Both the position numbers and the translations under genes were made by a program. A stretch of 61,097 nucleotides of DNA, from NCBI GenBank assembly GCA_046049215.1, contig JBJOER010000018.1:1-61097 (forward strand), read 5' to 3'. The notes below the pieces were generated by a model. It saw nothing but the letters and a program-made list of their open reading frames with translations. It did not search any database and had not been told where the DNA came from. Positions 9,413 to 17,583 of the stretch are shown in pieces. How positions within the stretch are numbered: position 1 is the first letter of the stretch; the number at the start of each line of letters is the position of its first letter. Source of the stretch: Bacteroidota bacterium (GTDB lineage Bacteria > Bacteroidota > Bacteroidia > AKYH767-A > OLB10).

Positions 9413-11083
9413 TCAAGGGGTGTAGTTGCGCTGCAGGATGGATTTGAAGGTCTGCGGCTCGAGAATAGCCTTGCAGGCAAGCAGAATGTCTGGATCGTCG
9501 TCGAATGCCGATTCAATCCGGCCGTTCTGATAATGGAATCGCGAAACGATCTCGTTTTCGAGCAGTAGCGCGACTTCTTCACGGTGGATGCGCAGGTCGG
9601 TACCACGGTCATGGGAGAGTGCTTTCTCCACTTGTTCATAACGGGCACGGATATGGTCAAAGTACTTCTCCTTTATTGCGGATTCCTTCAGCCGTGCAAG
9701 TTGCTTTTCGGAGTCGGTGGTGTAATCGTAAGACTTGTCAGATTGCCAGCGGATGAAATCCTCGTACAGGGCGTCGTCGACATGGAAGCTGCGTGCATTG
9801 CCGATAGAGGCGGTTTTGAACCGGTACTGCGTCGCATAGTCGAACAAGACATAGTTGGTGACCAATGCTTGCGAGAGGCTGCTGGCGTTTGCCTGGTTGG
9901 TCACGTGGTCGGGGAGGATGCCACCGCCATCGTACACCTTCCTTCCCGATTTGGTCTTGAATTCGGAGATCAGGGAATCGGGGACTTTGCCGACACTGCC
10001 ATCGGCATTGCGCTGGCTGTAGTCGATGGTCTGTATGCAACGTCCGCTGGGGATGTAGTATTTCGCCGTCGTGATCTTCAGCTGTGCGTTGTAGGTTAAT
10101 GGTCTGGTGGTCTGTACAAGGCCTTTTCCAAAAGTGCGTTGGCCTATGACGATGGCACGGTCCAGGTCTTGAAGTGCTCCGGAAACGATTTCTGCAGCAG
10201 AGGCCGAAGAGCTGTTGACGAGCACCACCAGCGGTGTTTGCGTATCGGTGGCGGGAGAAACGGTTCTGTAACTCTTGTCCCATTCTTTCACACGTCCGCG
10301 TGTGCTCACCACTTCCTGCCCTTTATCAACGAATACATTCACGATATCGACGGCCTCGTTGAGGAGTCCTCCGGGATTGCCGCGAAGGTCCAGAACGATG
10401 CCTTTCACTTTCTTTTTCTGAACCAGATCCTCCGTGGCCGCTTTCACTTCGCGTGCAGCGTGGTCGGTGAATCCGCTGAGGCGGATGTATCCGATACCGG
10501 GATCAATAATACCGTAGTAGGGGACGTTCGGAATGGTGATTTCTTGTCGGCGCAGGGATTTCTTCAACGGTTTGGTTTCACCGGGGCGCTCGATAGTCAG
10601 TACCACCTCGGTTCCGGGAGTGCCTTTTAGCATACGGCTCACTTCATCGTATTTCTTGCCTTTGAGCGGCTTACCGTCGATGCTGCGCAGGATGTCACCG
10701 GCCATCAGGCCGCCTTTCTGGGCGGGGAAGCCTTCATAAGGGTCGGTGATGATCACGTCTTCGTCTCTTTGTCCGATCAATGCACCGATGCCGCCGTACT
10801 GACCCGTCGTGATGAATCGGTAATCCTCGGCATCTTCTTCGGGGATGTATTGCGTGTAGGGATCAAGACTTTCCAGCATCGATACGATTCCCTCTTCAAT
10901 CAGCAGGCCGGAATCGGTAGGGTCCACATAATACAACAGCAATTCACGGATCACCGTGGTGAAGATGTCGAGGTTACGCGATATTTCGAAGCGGTTGTCG
11001 TCCGCGATTCGGAATGCGCTCAAACCCCAAACGGAGGCGGTTAGGACGAGTAAGAAAAGGATGCGCAATGCGGTTCGCTTCAT
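9413..11083 (-). CDS. S41-family C-terminal processing (tail-specific) peptidase
   Basis: The protein has a signal peptide and a PDZ-like region (GGIGALIGQRD..GFPAQKGGLMAGDILRSIDG). Catalytic blocks are LDLRGNPGGLL and VVLVNSSSASAAEIVSGALQDLDRAIVIGQRTFGKGLVQ. Confidence 0.9.
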   Translation of the reverse strand: MKRTALRILFLLVLTASVWGLSAFRIADDNRFEISRNLDIFTTVIRELLLYYVDPTDSGLLIEEGIVSMLESLDPYTQYIPEEDAEDYRFITTGQYGGIGALIGQRDEDVIITDPYEGFPAQKGGLMAGDILRSIDGKPLKGKKYDEVSRMLKGTPGTEVVLTIERPGETKPLKKSLRRQEITIPNVPYYGIIDPGIGYIRLSGFTDHAAREVKAATEDLVQKKKVKGIVLDLRGNPGGLLNEAVDIVNVFVDKGQEVVSTRGRVKEWDKSYRTVSPATDTQTPLVVLVNSSSASAAEIVSGALQDLDRAIVIGQRTFGKGLVQTTRPLTYNAQLKITTAKYYIPSGRCIQTIDYSQRNADGSVGKVPDSLISEFKTKSGRKVYDGGGILPDHVTNQANASSLSQALVTNYVLFDYATQYRFKTASIGNARSFHVDDALYEDFIRWQSDKSYDYTTDSEKQLARLKESAIKEKYFDHIRARYEQVEKALSHDRGTDLRIHREEVALLLENEIVSRFHYQNGRIESAFDDDPDILLACKAILEPQTFKSILQRNYTP

Positions 11084-11104
11084 GGTCTTTGTGTTCTTAC
11101 GCCT

Positions 11105-11338
11105 TCAGGGCACAGGGTCGTATCCGTGTCCTCCCCAGGGGTGACAGCTCAAAATCCGCTTGAGGGTGAGCCAGCTGCCTTTCAGCGGACCGTGTTTGCG
11201 GATGGCTTCGGCACCATAATCTGAGCAGGTGGGCGTGTACCTGCAGGCAGGTCCGAGGTAGGGGGAAATCCCTTGTTTGTACAGGCTGATGAGGCCCAGC
11301 AGGAGGCTACTGATCGGTTTTCTCATGCGTCTGTACAA
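11105..11338 (-). CDS. yidD: Membrane protein insertion efficiency factor YidD
   Basis: [54 protein letters not shown] is the canonical YidD sequence. The gene overlaps the end of rnpA. Confidence 0.9.
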   Translation of the reverse strand: MYRRMRKPISSLLLGLISLYKQGISPYLGPACRYTPTCSDYGAEAIRKHGPLKGSWLTLKRILSCHPWGGHGYDPVP

Positions 11339-11768
11339 GTCGTTTCAAAAGTAGGACTATTTTTTCTTGGGTAAGGAGATGGTCGGGCTCCGAACCGTGG
11401 CGGTAGACCAGCAGCAACACCATGCCGATTTCCTTTTGTTTACACCACTGCAGTAAATCGTGTTTGTTCTTCCGGTAGGCTTCCCGCATGCGTCGCTTCA
11501 TTCGGTTCCTGTCAACCGCCAGTTTCATCCTTCGCTTGGGTACGCTGAATGCGATCTGCACGGGCGACGATTCTGCATAGGGAACCGCCAGATAATGGAT
11601 AAGGAAGGGGTCGGACCGAAGCGCTTTGCCCGATGCCATCAAGGTGTCAAGCGCTTTACGACTCTTCAGTCGCTCCGTTGCGGAAAGTGTGTTTCGTTGG
11701 GATGCGGAGGACATACTCTGGAAGAACCCGGATGGAAGCAACCGGATTTTTCCGGTCACACAAGGCAT
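11307..11768 (-). CDS. rnpA: Ribonuclease P protein component
   Basis: A basic RnpA motif is present ([29 protein letters not shown]). The gene is directly upstream of yidD, which is a conserved pairing. The start may be MSSASQ at 11714, giving 135 aa. Confidence 0.85.
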   Translation of the reverse strand: MPCVTGKIRLLPSGFFQSMSSASQRNTLSATERLKSRKALDTLMASGKALRSDPFLIHYLAVPYAESSPVQIAFSVPKRRMKLAVDRNRMKRRMREAYRKNKHDLLQWCKQKEIGMVLLLVYRHGSEPDHLLTQEKIVLLLKRLVQTHEKTDQ

Positions 11769-11769
11769 T

Positions 11770-12564
11770 CTACTTGTTCTTCTTGATGTAATTTTCGATG
11801 CTCATGGTCATCGAGGGGGCTTCGGGAACGGGCGCCTGGATGTCCAACCGGAGGCCGGCATCGGTCACGGCCTGGGAGGTTTGGGATCCGAAAGCGGCGA
11901 TCAATGTGTTGTTCTGCTGGAAGTCAGGGAAGTTCTTGAATAGGGAAGTCACTCCTGCAGGACTGAAGAAAACCAGCATGTCGTATTTCACGTCGGCCAG
12001 GTCGCTGAGGTCGGAGCAGACTGTACGGTAAATGGTGGCGCGGGTGAATTGGATGCCATGGCCGGTGAGTACGTCGGCCATGTCCTGCTTGGCGATGTCG
12101 GAGCAGGGAAGCAGGAAGTTTTCTTTCTTGTGTTTTTTCAGGACCTCCACCAAATCATTGATGTTCTGTTTTCCGGAAAAGATCTTGCGCTTGCGGAAAG
12201 TGATGTATTTCTGCAGGTAGAAAGCAGTGGATTCAGAAATACAGAAGTATTTGAGCTCCTCCACATTGGTGATACGCATCTCTGCGCACATCCGGAAGAA
12301 ATGATCGGCCGCATGACGGCTCGTCAGGATCACCGCGGTATGGTCGGGGATATTCACCCGGTCCTTGCGGAAATCCTTGGCCGGGATGCCTTCCACGTGG
12401 ATAAAGGGCCTGAAATCAATCTTCAGGTTGTACTTTTTCGCAAGGTCGTGGTAGGGGGATTTGTCCGTCTCCGGCTTCGGCTGTGTAACGAGAATGGATT
12501 TTACTTTCAAGGGACGACGAATGGTAACTTCCAGACTGTTTGCCTCTTCATACCAAATGGCCAA
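11770..12564 (-). CDS. hemD: Uroporphyrinogen-III synthase (HemD family, Bacteroidota type)
   Basis: KVKSILVTQPKPE..YNLKIDFRPFIHVEG..AVILTSRHAADHFFR..VLVFFSPAGVTSLFKNFPDF..IAAFGSQTSQAV..GLRLDIQAP.PEAPSMTM follows the Bacteroidota HemD pattern from my memory of Flavobacterium HemD (no alignment run). Homologues typically begin M-K-V-K, so the TTG at 12510 (L-K-V-K-S-I-L) is a plausible true start. The ATG at 12564 gives the longest ORF. Confidence 0.85.
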   Translation of the reverse strand: MAIWYEEANSLEVTIRRPLKVKSILVTQPKPETDKSPYHDLAKKYNLKIDFRPFIHVEGIPAKDFRKDRVNIPDHTAVILTSRHAADHFFRMCAEMRITNVEELKYFCISESTAFYLQKYITFRKRKIFSGKQNINDLVEVLKKHKKENFLLPCSDIAKQDMADVLTGHGIQFTRATIYRTVCSDLSDLADVKYDMLVFFSPAGVTSLFKNFPDFQQNNTLIAAFGSQTSQAVTDAGLRLDIQAPVPEAPSMTMSIENYIKKNK

Positions 12565-13438
12565 CTTTCCAAATGATCAGCAGTGGCGCTATTTCGAAGG
12601 CACAAAAGTACAAAAACAAATGGAAGATGGAAGCCCCGGGGATGCTTAACCAGATTGCGGCAGCTTTGACAAGACGATAGAGGAACAGGATACTGACCAG
12701 GGTCAGGGTGATAAACAGTGTCCACCGGGGAATGGGTTCGGGGGCATAGGCAATCAGGATATTCGCCGGCAGAAGAACGAGGCCACACATCATTACCGTC
12801 AGGAAAATGGCAAAGATGTAGTGCGCTGCGGGCCGTTCCTGGTCGAAAACGGAACTGAGGAAACGTACAGCGACCATCTTGAAGGAATAGGCCAGTGCGA
12901 CAAGAAGCGAGAACAAGGTGAAGCGAAGCAGTCCCGTTTGAAAAAAGGGGATTTGCCAGTGAAAATGATAACTGATCCTATAAAGGAACATGCCCATGAG
13001 TGCATAGGAAAGGATGGAGAGCACCAGAGAGGCCCGCTGCAATAAAACGCTTTCGTCGCGTACAATCTGGTTTGCAGTTGTGGTGTTGAAGTAAGCGGAT
13101 ACCAGCTGAGTGAATATCCGATGGAAGAAATACCTGAACCAGGTGAGGCAGCACAGCAACAGGATCAAGGTGATGGTGAACCAGGATGGGTTTAGCTGCT
13201 CGAATGGCTGGGCATTGGGGTTGACTTGATGAAGAAGGTGTCCTTTGAACAATCCCGGCCCCTGAAGCGGAAAAGATCCGTTTCCGGAAGCACCTTCGGT
13301 CCACAGGGTGTCCTCTTCGTCACTGAATCGGAAATTATCTCCACCCTCCAGGGAATCCTGCCAAAGCGAGTCCTGCGCGAAGGCAAACGAAGAGTCGCCT
13401 CGTTGTGCAGTGTTCGGAACCGGTGGGGTGATGGGCAT
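12548..13438 (-). CDS. DUF4271-like polytopic membrane protein
   Basis: A hydrophilic acidic N-terminus is followed by about 6 TM helices. The position immediately upstream of hemD is where, from memory, DUF4271 genes typically lie in Bacteroidota. The family assignment rests on architecture and context only. Confidence 0.65.
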   Translation of the reverse strand: MPITPPVPNTAQRGDSSFAFAQDSLWQDSLEGGDNFRFSDEEDTLWTEGASGNGSFPLQGPGLFKGHLLHQVNPNAQPFEQLNPSWFTITLILLLCCLTWFRYFFHRIFTQLVSAYFNTTTANQIVRDESVLLQRASLVLSILSYALMGMFLYRISYHFHWQIPFFQTGLLRFTLFSLLVALAYSFKMVAVRFLSSVFDQERPAAHYIFAIFLTVMMCGLVLLPANILIAYAPEPIPRWTLFITLTLVSILFLYRLVKAAAIWLSIPGASIFHLFLYFCAFEIAPLLIIWKVGHLV

Positions 13439-13496
13439 GCAAGCTGTTTTGCGGTGTCAAAAGTACAAGCGAAAACAAAGCGCAGAAGAATTCAGA

Positions 13497-14204
13497 TCAG
13501 GTCCATCCCCTGAGCGCGTACCAGGCCAGCGCCAGCAGCTCGCGGCTGCAGACAAGTTGGTACTGCAGGTGATTCCAGACCTGGTACCGCAGTTGGGTGC
13601 TTTGTCCTACTGCTGGTAGAGGAATGTCATTGCCGCCCAACTTTTTGTCGTCGTAGCGGAGGTCGGCCATGCCGGGATCTGCGAATGTGGGAACGCCACC
13701 GATTGTTCCAAGGCCCGCCTTTCGAAAGCTCTTTACCGCTCTTCGCATGTGTTCGGGGGAGGTGATGATCAACACACGTGCCTCTTTCCCCAATATGCCT
13801 GCAGTCTGAATGGCCTCTTCCCGGGTGTTGCGGCAGGCTGGAAGCATGCTGATACTGGATCTATCGATTCCCCGTAGGATGAGTTCGTGGCGGATGGCGG
13901 CCGCTACGGTTAGAGTGGAATCGCCGGAGGTTTCGGTGGCTTGGGAAACCAAAACATGAGCTTCCGGAAAGGTTTTCATCAGCGAAGAGGTGTACCAGCA
14001 CCGCAGCAGGGCGGTTTCGCCAGGGAATCCGCCCCCACCCAGTACCACCAGGTGAGTCGGCCTGAACCGGAATGTCCCTTCGCTTGTGCCGAGCCAGTGG
14101 TAGAGGGAATATGGTCCGGTCGTAAAAGCAAAGAGGATGCTGAAGACCAAGATCAACCCTGCCGTGTTCAGCAGGTATCGAAACGCGACCGGGAGTTTTT
14201 TCAC
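13497..14204 (-). CDS. YdcF/DUF218 (ElyC/SanA-like) family protein
   Basis: An N-terminal TM is followed by VVLGGGGFPGE.., VLVSQA..SGDSTL.., NTREEA.. and RVLIITSPEHMRRAVKSFRKAGL, which is the DUF218 pattern. The start codon is GTG. Confidence 0.7.
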   Translation of the reverse strand: MKKLPVAFRYLLNTAGLILVFSILFAFTTGPYSLYHWLGTSEGTFRFRPTHLVVLGGGGFPGETALLRCWYTSSLMKTFPEAHVLVSQATETSGDSTLTVAAAIRHELILRGIDRSSISMLPACRNTREEAIQTAGILGKEARVLIITSPEHMRRAVKSFRKAGLGTIGGVPTFADPGMADLRYDDKKLGGNDIPLPAVGQSTQLRYQVWNHLQYQLVCSRELLALAWYALRGWT

Positions 14205-14208
14205 GTTC

Positions 14209-14216
14209 CAAAACTA
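14209..14216 (-). promoter_or_regulatory. Candidate -7 box (TAGTTTTG) 5 nt upstream of the DUF218 GTG start (possible leaderless transcript)
   Basis: Plus-strand CAAAACTA is TAGTTTTG on the minus strand, which matches TAnnTTTG. Confidence 0.3.
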
Positions 14217-14297
14217 ATCCCTTTCGTATGCTTTCCCCTGTTTTTGAAAAATGCTGAATGGTTCGGGATGTGGCTTTCAGATTAACTTCGTCTCCAT

Positions 14298-16157
14298 ATG
14301 ATCCGTTCACTGCTGCTCCTTTCCGCAATGAGCCTCACGCTATGCTCTTGCCGTCCCTCTGATCAGAAAACAGGTAAAGACACCATGAAAACAACCGATG
14401 TCCATTCTTTCGCCCGTCCTTTGGAAGCGGTTGTGCGTCACATCGACCTGGAGTTGAAGGTTGATTTCGATTCCAGCCGGCTCTCCGGTTTCGCCGATCT
14501 CAGCATCGAGAACCTGAGCGGTACCGGCAAGCTTCATCTCGATACCCGCGACCTGCAGATCACAGCGATCACCATCGACGATAGCGTTTCCGCGGAGTAC
14601 ATGCTGATGCCTGCACAACCGATACTGGGTAGTGAATTGGTGATCAACATCCTCCCTTCCACACGTAAGGTCCGGATTGCCTATTCGACGAGCCCTGAAG
14701 CAGCTGCACTCCAATGGCTTCGCCCCGAACAAACCGCGGGCGGGAAACTCCCCTTTCTGTTCACGCAGAGCCAGGCCATCCTGGCCCGGACCTGGATTCC
14801 GCTGCAGGACTCCCCCGGAATTCGATTCACCTATAGCGCCCGCATCACCTGTCCTCCGGGACTAATGGCGCTGATGAGTGCAGAGAACGATACCACCTTG
14901 CATCCTGACGGAGTGTATTCCTTCCGGATGCCACAAGCCATACCCGCCTATCTGATGGCCTTGTCCGTAGGGGATTTGCGTTTTCACTCATACGATTCCC
15001 GCTGTGGTGTTTTCGCCGAGCCTGTGGTTCTGGAAAAGGCGGCTTCCGAATTCGTCGATCTTCCAGCGATGATCGGTGCAGCAGAAGAGCTTTACGGCCC
15101 GTATGCCTGGGGGCGTTACGATGTGCTGGTTCTTCCTCCCAGCTTTCCGTTCGGAGGTATGGAGAATCCCCGCGTGACGTTCGCCACGCCGACGATCCTG
15201 GCCGGCGACCGGTCTCTGGTTTCACTCATCGCCCATGAACTTGCGCATAGCTGGAGCGGAAACCTGGTGACGAATGCCACCTGGAACGACTTCTGGCTGA
15301 ACGAGGGGTTCACCGTCTATTTCGAATCCCGCATCATGGAGAAATTGTACGGAAAAGACTATGCCGACATGCTCACGTGCCTGGCCAAAGGCGAACTCGA
15401 AAAGACCGTAGCTGAAATGGGCGCAGACCATCCCGATACACGGCTTTACCTTGATCTCGCAGGGCGTGATCCCGATGATGCGGTCAGTGATATCGCGTAT
15501 GAAAAGGGTAGATTTTTCCTGCTGAACATCGAGCAAGCCGTGGGGCGCGAACGGTGGGATGCGTTCCTGCGCGACTATTTCAAGGAGCATGCTTTTCAAA
15601 GTATCACCACCGAAGCCTTTCTCGAGGATCTGGAAAACAACCTTGTCCGGGGCGATAGCAGGCTACGAAACACCAAAATCCGCGACAACATTTGGGTGTA
15701 TGGCACAGGACTTCCGGAGCCGTTCCCTGTGGTCGTATCCGGAGAACTGGAAAAGGCAGGAGCGCTTGCTGCGAAGTTTGTCGAAAACGGTCAGCTTGAA
15801 AACCCATCGGGCTGGACAACCCATCATTGGATGCATTTCCTGCGCGAACTGCCCGATTCGCTTTCAAAAGAGAGCATGAAAGCACTTGACGACCGTTACG
15901 GATTCACCCGGTCCGGCAATAGCGAGATCCTTTGCCAATGGCTTGAGCTGTGCATCCGCAGCGGGTACGAACCGGCGAATTCAAAGCTGGAGGAGTTTCT
16001 AACGTCTGTGGGTCGCCGAAAATTTATAAAACTGCTATATGCAGCACTTGCCGCGACTCCCGGTGGACTGGAGCGCGCACGTCTCCTCTATGCCAAGGCA
16101 CGGCCGGGTTATCATTCTGTTTCGACCCAGACGCTGGACGAAATGCTCGGAATCTGA
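14298..16157 (+). CDS. M1-family zinc aminopeptidase (leukotriene-A4-hydrolase-like), lipoprotein
   Basis: A lipobox-like signal is present (SLTLCSC). The GxMEN motif is FGGMENP. The zinc motif is HELAHSWSGNLVTNATWNDFWLNEGFTVY (HExxH-x18-E). The C-terminus is helical and LTA4H-like. Confidence 0.9.
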   Translation: MIRSLLLLSAMSLTLCSCRPSDQKTGKDTMKTTDVHSFARPLEAVVRHIDLELKVDFDSSRLSGFADLSIENLSGTGKLHLDTRDLQITAITIDDSVSAEYMLMPAQPILGSELVINILPSTRKVRIAYSTSPEAAALQWLRPEQTAGGKLPFLFTQSQAILARTWIPLQDSPGIRFTYSARITCPPGLMALMSAENDTTLHPDGVYSFRMPQAIPAYLMALSVGDLRFHSYDSRCGVFAEPVVLEKAASEFVDLPAMIGAAEELYGPYAWGRYDVLVLPPSFPFGGMENPRVTFATPTILAGDRSLVSLIAHELAHSWSGNLVTNATWNDFWLNEGFTVYFESRIMEKLYGKDYADMLTCLAKGELEKTVAEMGADHPDTRLYLDLAGRDPDDAVSDIAYEKGRFFLLNIEQAVGRERWDAFLRDYFKEHAFQSITTEAFLEDLENNLVRGDSRLRNTKIRDNIWVYGTGLPEPFPVVVSGELEKAGALAAKFVENGQLENPSGWTTHHWMHFLRELPDSLSKESMKALDDRYGFTRSGNSEILCQWLELCIRSGYEPANSKLEEFLTSVGRRKFIKLLYAALAATPGGLERARLLYAKARPGYHSVSTQTLDEMLGI

Positions 16158-16449
16158 TTTCCGGAGCCATCAACAAGGGTTTGTTCATAAGTGCAGGAGG
16201 CTCAACTTCTGCTGTTCTGCAACTGCGTTTACTTTCGGTTATATCATAATGCAAGCGCCGTAACGCTTCTTTTCGTTTTCCTTGCAGGGATTGTTTCAGC
16301 CGGACCAGCAGACCCCAAAAACTGTCCAGCAAAAACCCTCAAGATGACCATCTCTTCCACCTGAACCGGTATTGAGTTTACCGCATGGCCATGATAGGCC
16401 TCGCGGTAAACGTATGCCGCTTGGCGGAGGATGTGGTCCGTCCATATCC

Positions 16450-17319
16450 ATGAATAAGCGCTTGCTCCCCTACGTAGTCATCGGACTGATGGTGATCCTG
16501 CCCGGTAAACTCCATGCCGATTCTCTGGTTGTGCGGAAAAATATGATTGCCGGTGAGCTGAGTGGTAGTTATGTTGTAGAACGTGATCCATGGACCGGCG
16601 ATCGATCCATCATGTCTTTTAAATTCCTTTGTGAAGGAAGACGAAGGCGTGGTTTTAGCTCGGGTCGATCCTCAGATCACCAGTTCCTGACCACACTGGG
16701 TTATCTCACTCAGCGCGACTCCATTTGGCTAAAAAGCAACGATCAGTTCCGTCTGATTTTCAGATGGAATAACCGGATCAATGACCGCTACAGCCGTTCT
16801 TGGAACGTGATGATCCAATCCCAGTGGCTCGATAGCAGAATGTTTCGTGAGGGGCGTTTCGAATGGACTGGGGGGTTTCTGAACCCGCTTCGGATGGAGG
16901 CTGCCTATGGATTCAGCCGACAGTTCATGAAGTCCGGCTCCCTGGTTTTGACTCCCGCCACGATTCAGGTACAGGTGATGCCGTCCAAAATGATGCGGAC
17001 CGGAGCTGGATACGATCGACCCTTCATGACGGTGGAAGGAAGCCATGTCTTTACACGGTATGGATTCAACGGGCTATTGACCATCGACGAGTCGTTCTTC
17101 GAAGGAGTGCTCGTTTGGCGAAACCAGTCGCGGTTTTTTATGAATGCGATTTCTTCGAGTCATGTGCAGTTTGATGTCCACAACCGTGTTTGCATACGAT
17201 TTCTCAAAGTGCTTCAGCTGAGGTTGGATACCGTCTTACAATACGCACCGGAATCCAGTCTTCGCTTACAATACAGGCAGGAAGTGTTGCTGGGGGTCTT
17301 CTACGAAAACAAGAGGTGA
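16450..17319 (+). CDS. Hypothetical secreted protein, possibly an outer-membrane beta-barrel
   Basis: The best start is MNKRLLPYVVIGLMVILPGKLHA, which is a signal peptide; the longest ORF begins at 16372. The body is rich in alternating aromatic/polar stretches and Arg. I recognised no family motif. Confidence 0.55.
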   Translation: MNKRLLPYVVIGLMVILPGKLHADSLVVRKNMIAGELSGSYVVERDPWTGDRSIMSFKFLCEGRRRRGFSSGRSSDHQFLTTLGYLTQRDSIWLKSNDQFRLIFRWNNRINDRYSRSWNVMIQSQWLDSRMFREGRFEWTGGFLNPLRMEAAYGFSRQFMKSGSLVLTPATIQVQVMPSKMMRTGAGYDRPFMTVEGSHVFTRYGFNGLLTIDESFFEGVLVWRNQSRFFMNAISSSHVQFDVHNRVCIRFLKVLQLRLDTVLQYAPESSLRLQYRQEVLLGVFYENKR

Positions 17320-17335
17320 CGATCGGCCGTTCATG

Positions 17336-17361
17336 ACTTTTCGAAAATCCTTTTCGAAAGT
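17336..17361 (+). terminator. Hairpin 17 nt after the stop of the preceding gene (candidate intrinsic terminator)
   Basis: acttttcgaaaa-tcc-ttttcgaaagt forms an 11-bp stem with one bulged U and a 3-nt loop. It is followed by gccgttttc. Confidence 0.5.
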
Positions 17362-17583
17362 GCCGTTTTCAAGTCATTCCATTTTCGACTTGGTAGTTTT
17401 TCACTGACCCCCGCCGCTGCCTGTGTGGATGCGGATGGGACATCTCAACGTAGCGGGTTCATCTTCCGACCGCGATGGAAGGCCTTGATCCACCCTGTTT
17501 TCCCGGTATTTCCCTCCCTTCTTCGAAGGATGTAACCCTGTGGCCTCCTTTTCAGTAAAAACGGTTTGGAAAATCATCCGACC

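Noticed and set aside
16253-16280. A weak hairpin (aagcg-ccgtaa-cgctt) followed by a T-rich tract about 95 nt after the M1 peptidase stop, considered as a terminator.
   Set aside because: The stem is only 5 bp and it lies far from the stop codon, so there is not enough support to annotate it.
17337-17388. Four copies of a TTTTCGA/TTTTCAA motif spaced 13-16 nt apart upstream of the Wzc-like operon, which at first looked like an operator array.
   Set aside because: The first two copies are simply the two arms of the strong hairpin at 17336-17361, directly after the stop codon of the preceding gene, so this is a terminator. The other two copies are partial and T-rich, as expected downstream of a terminator.
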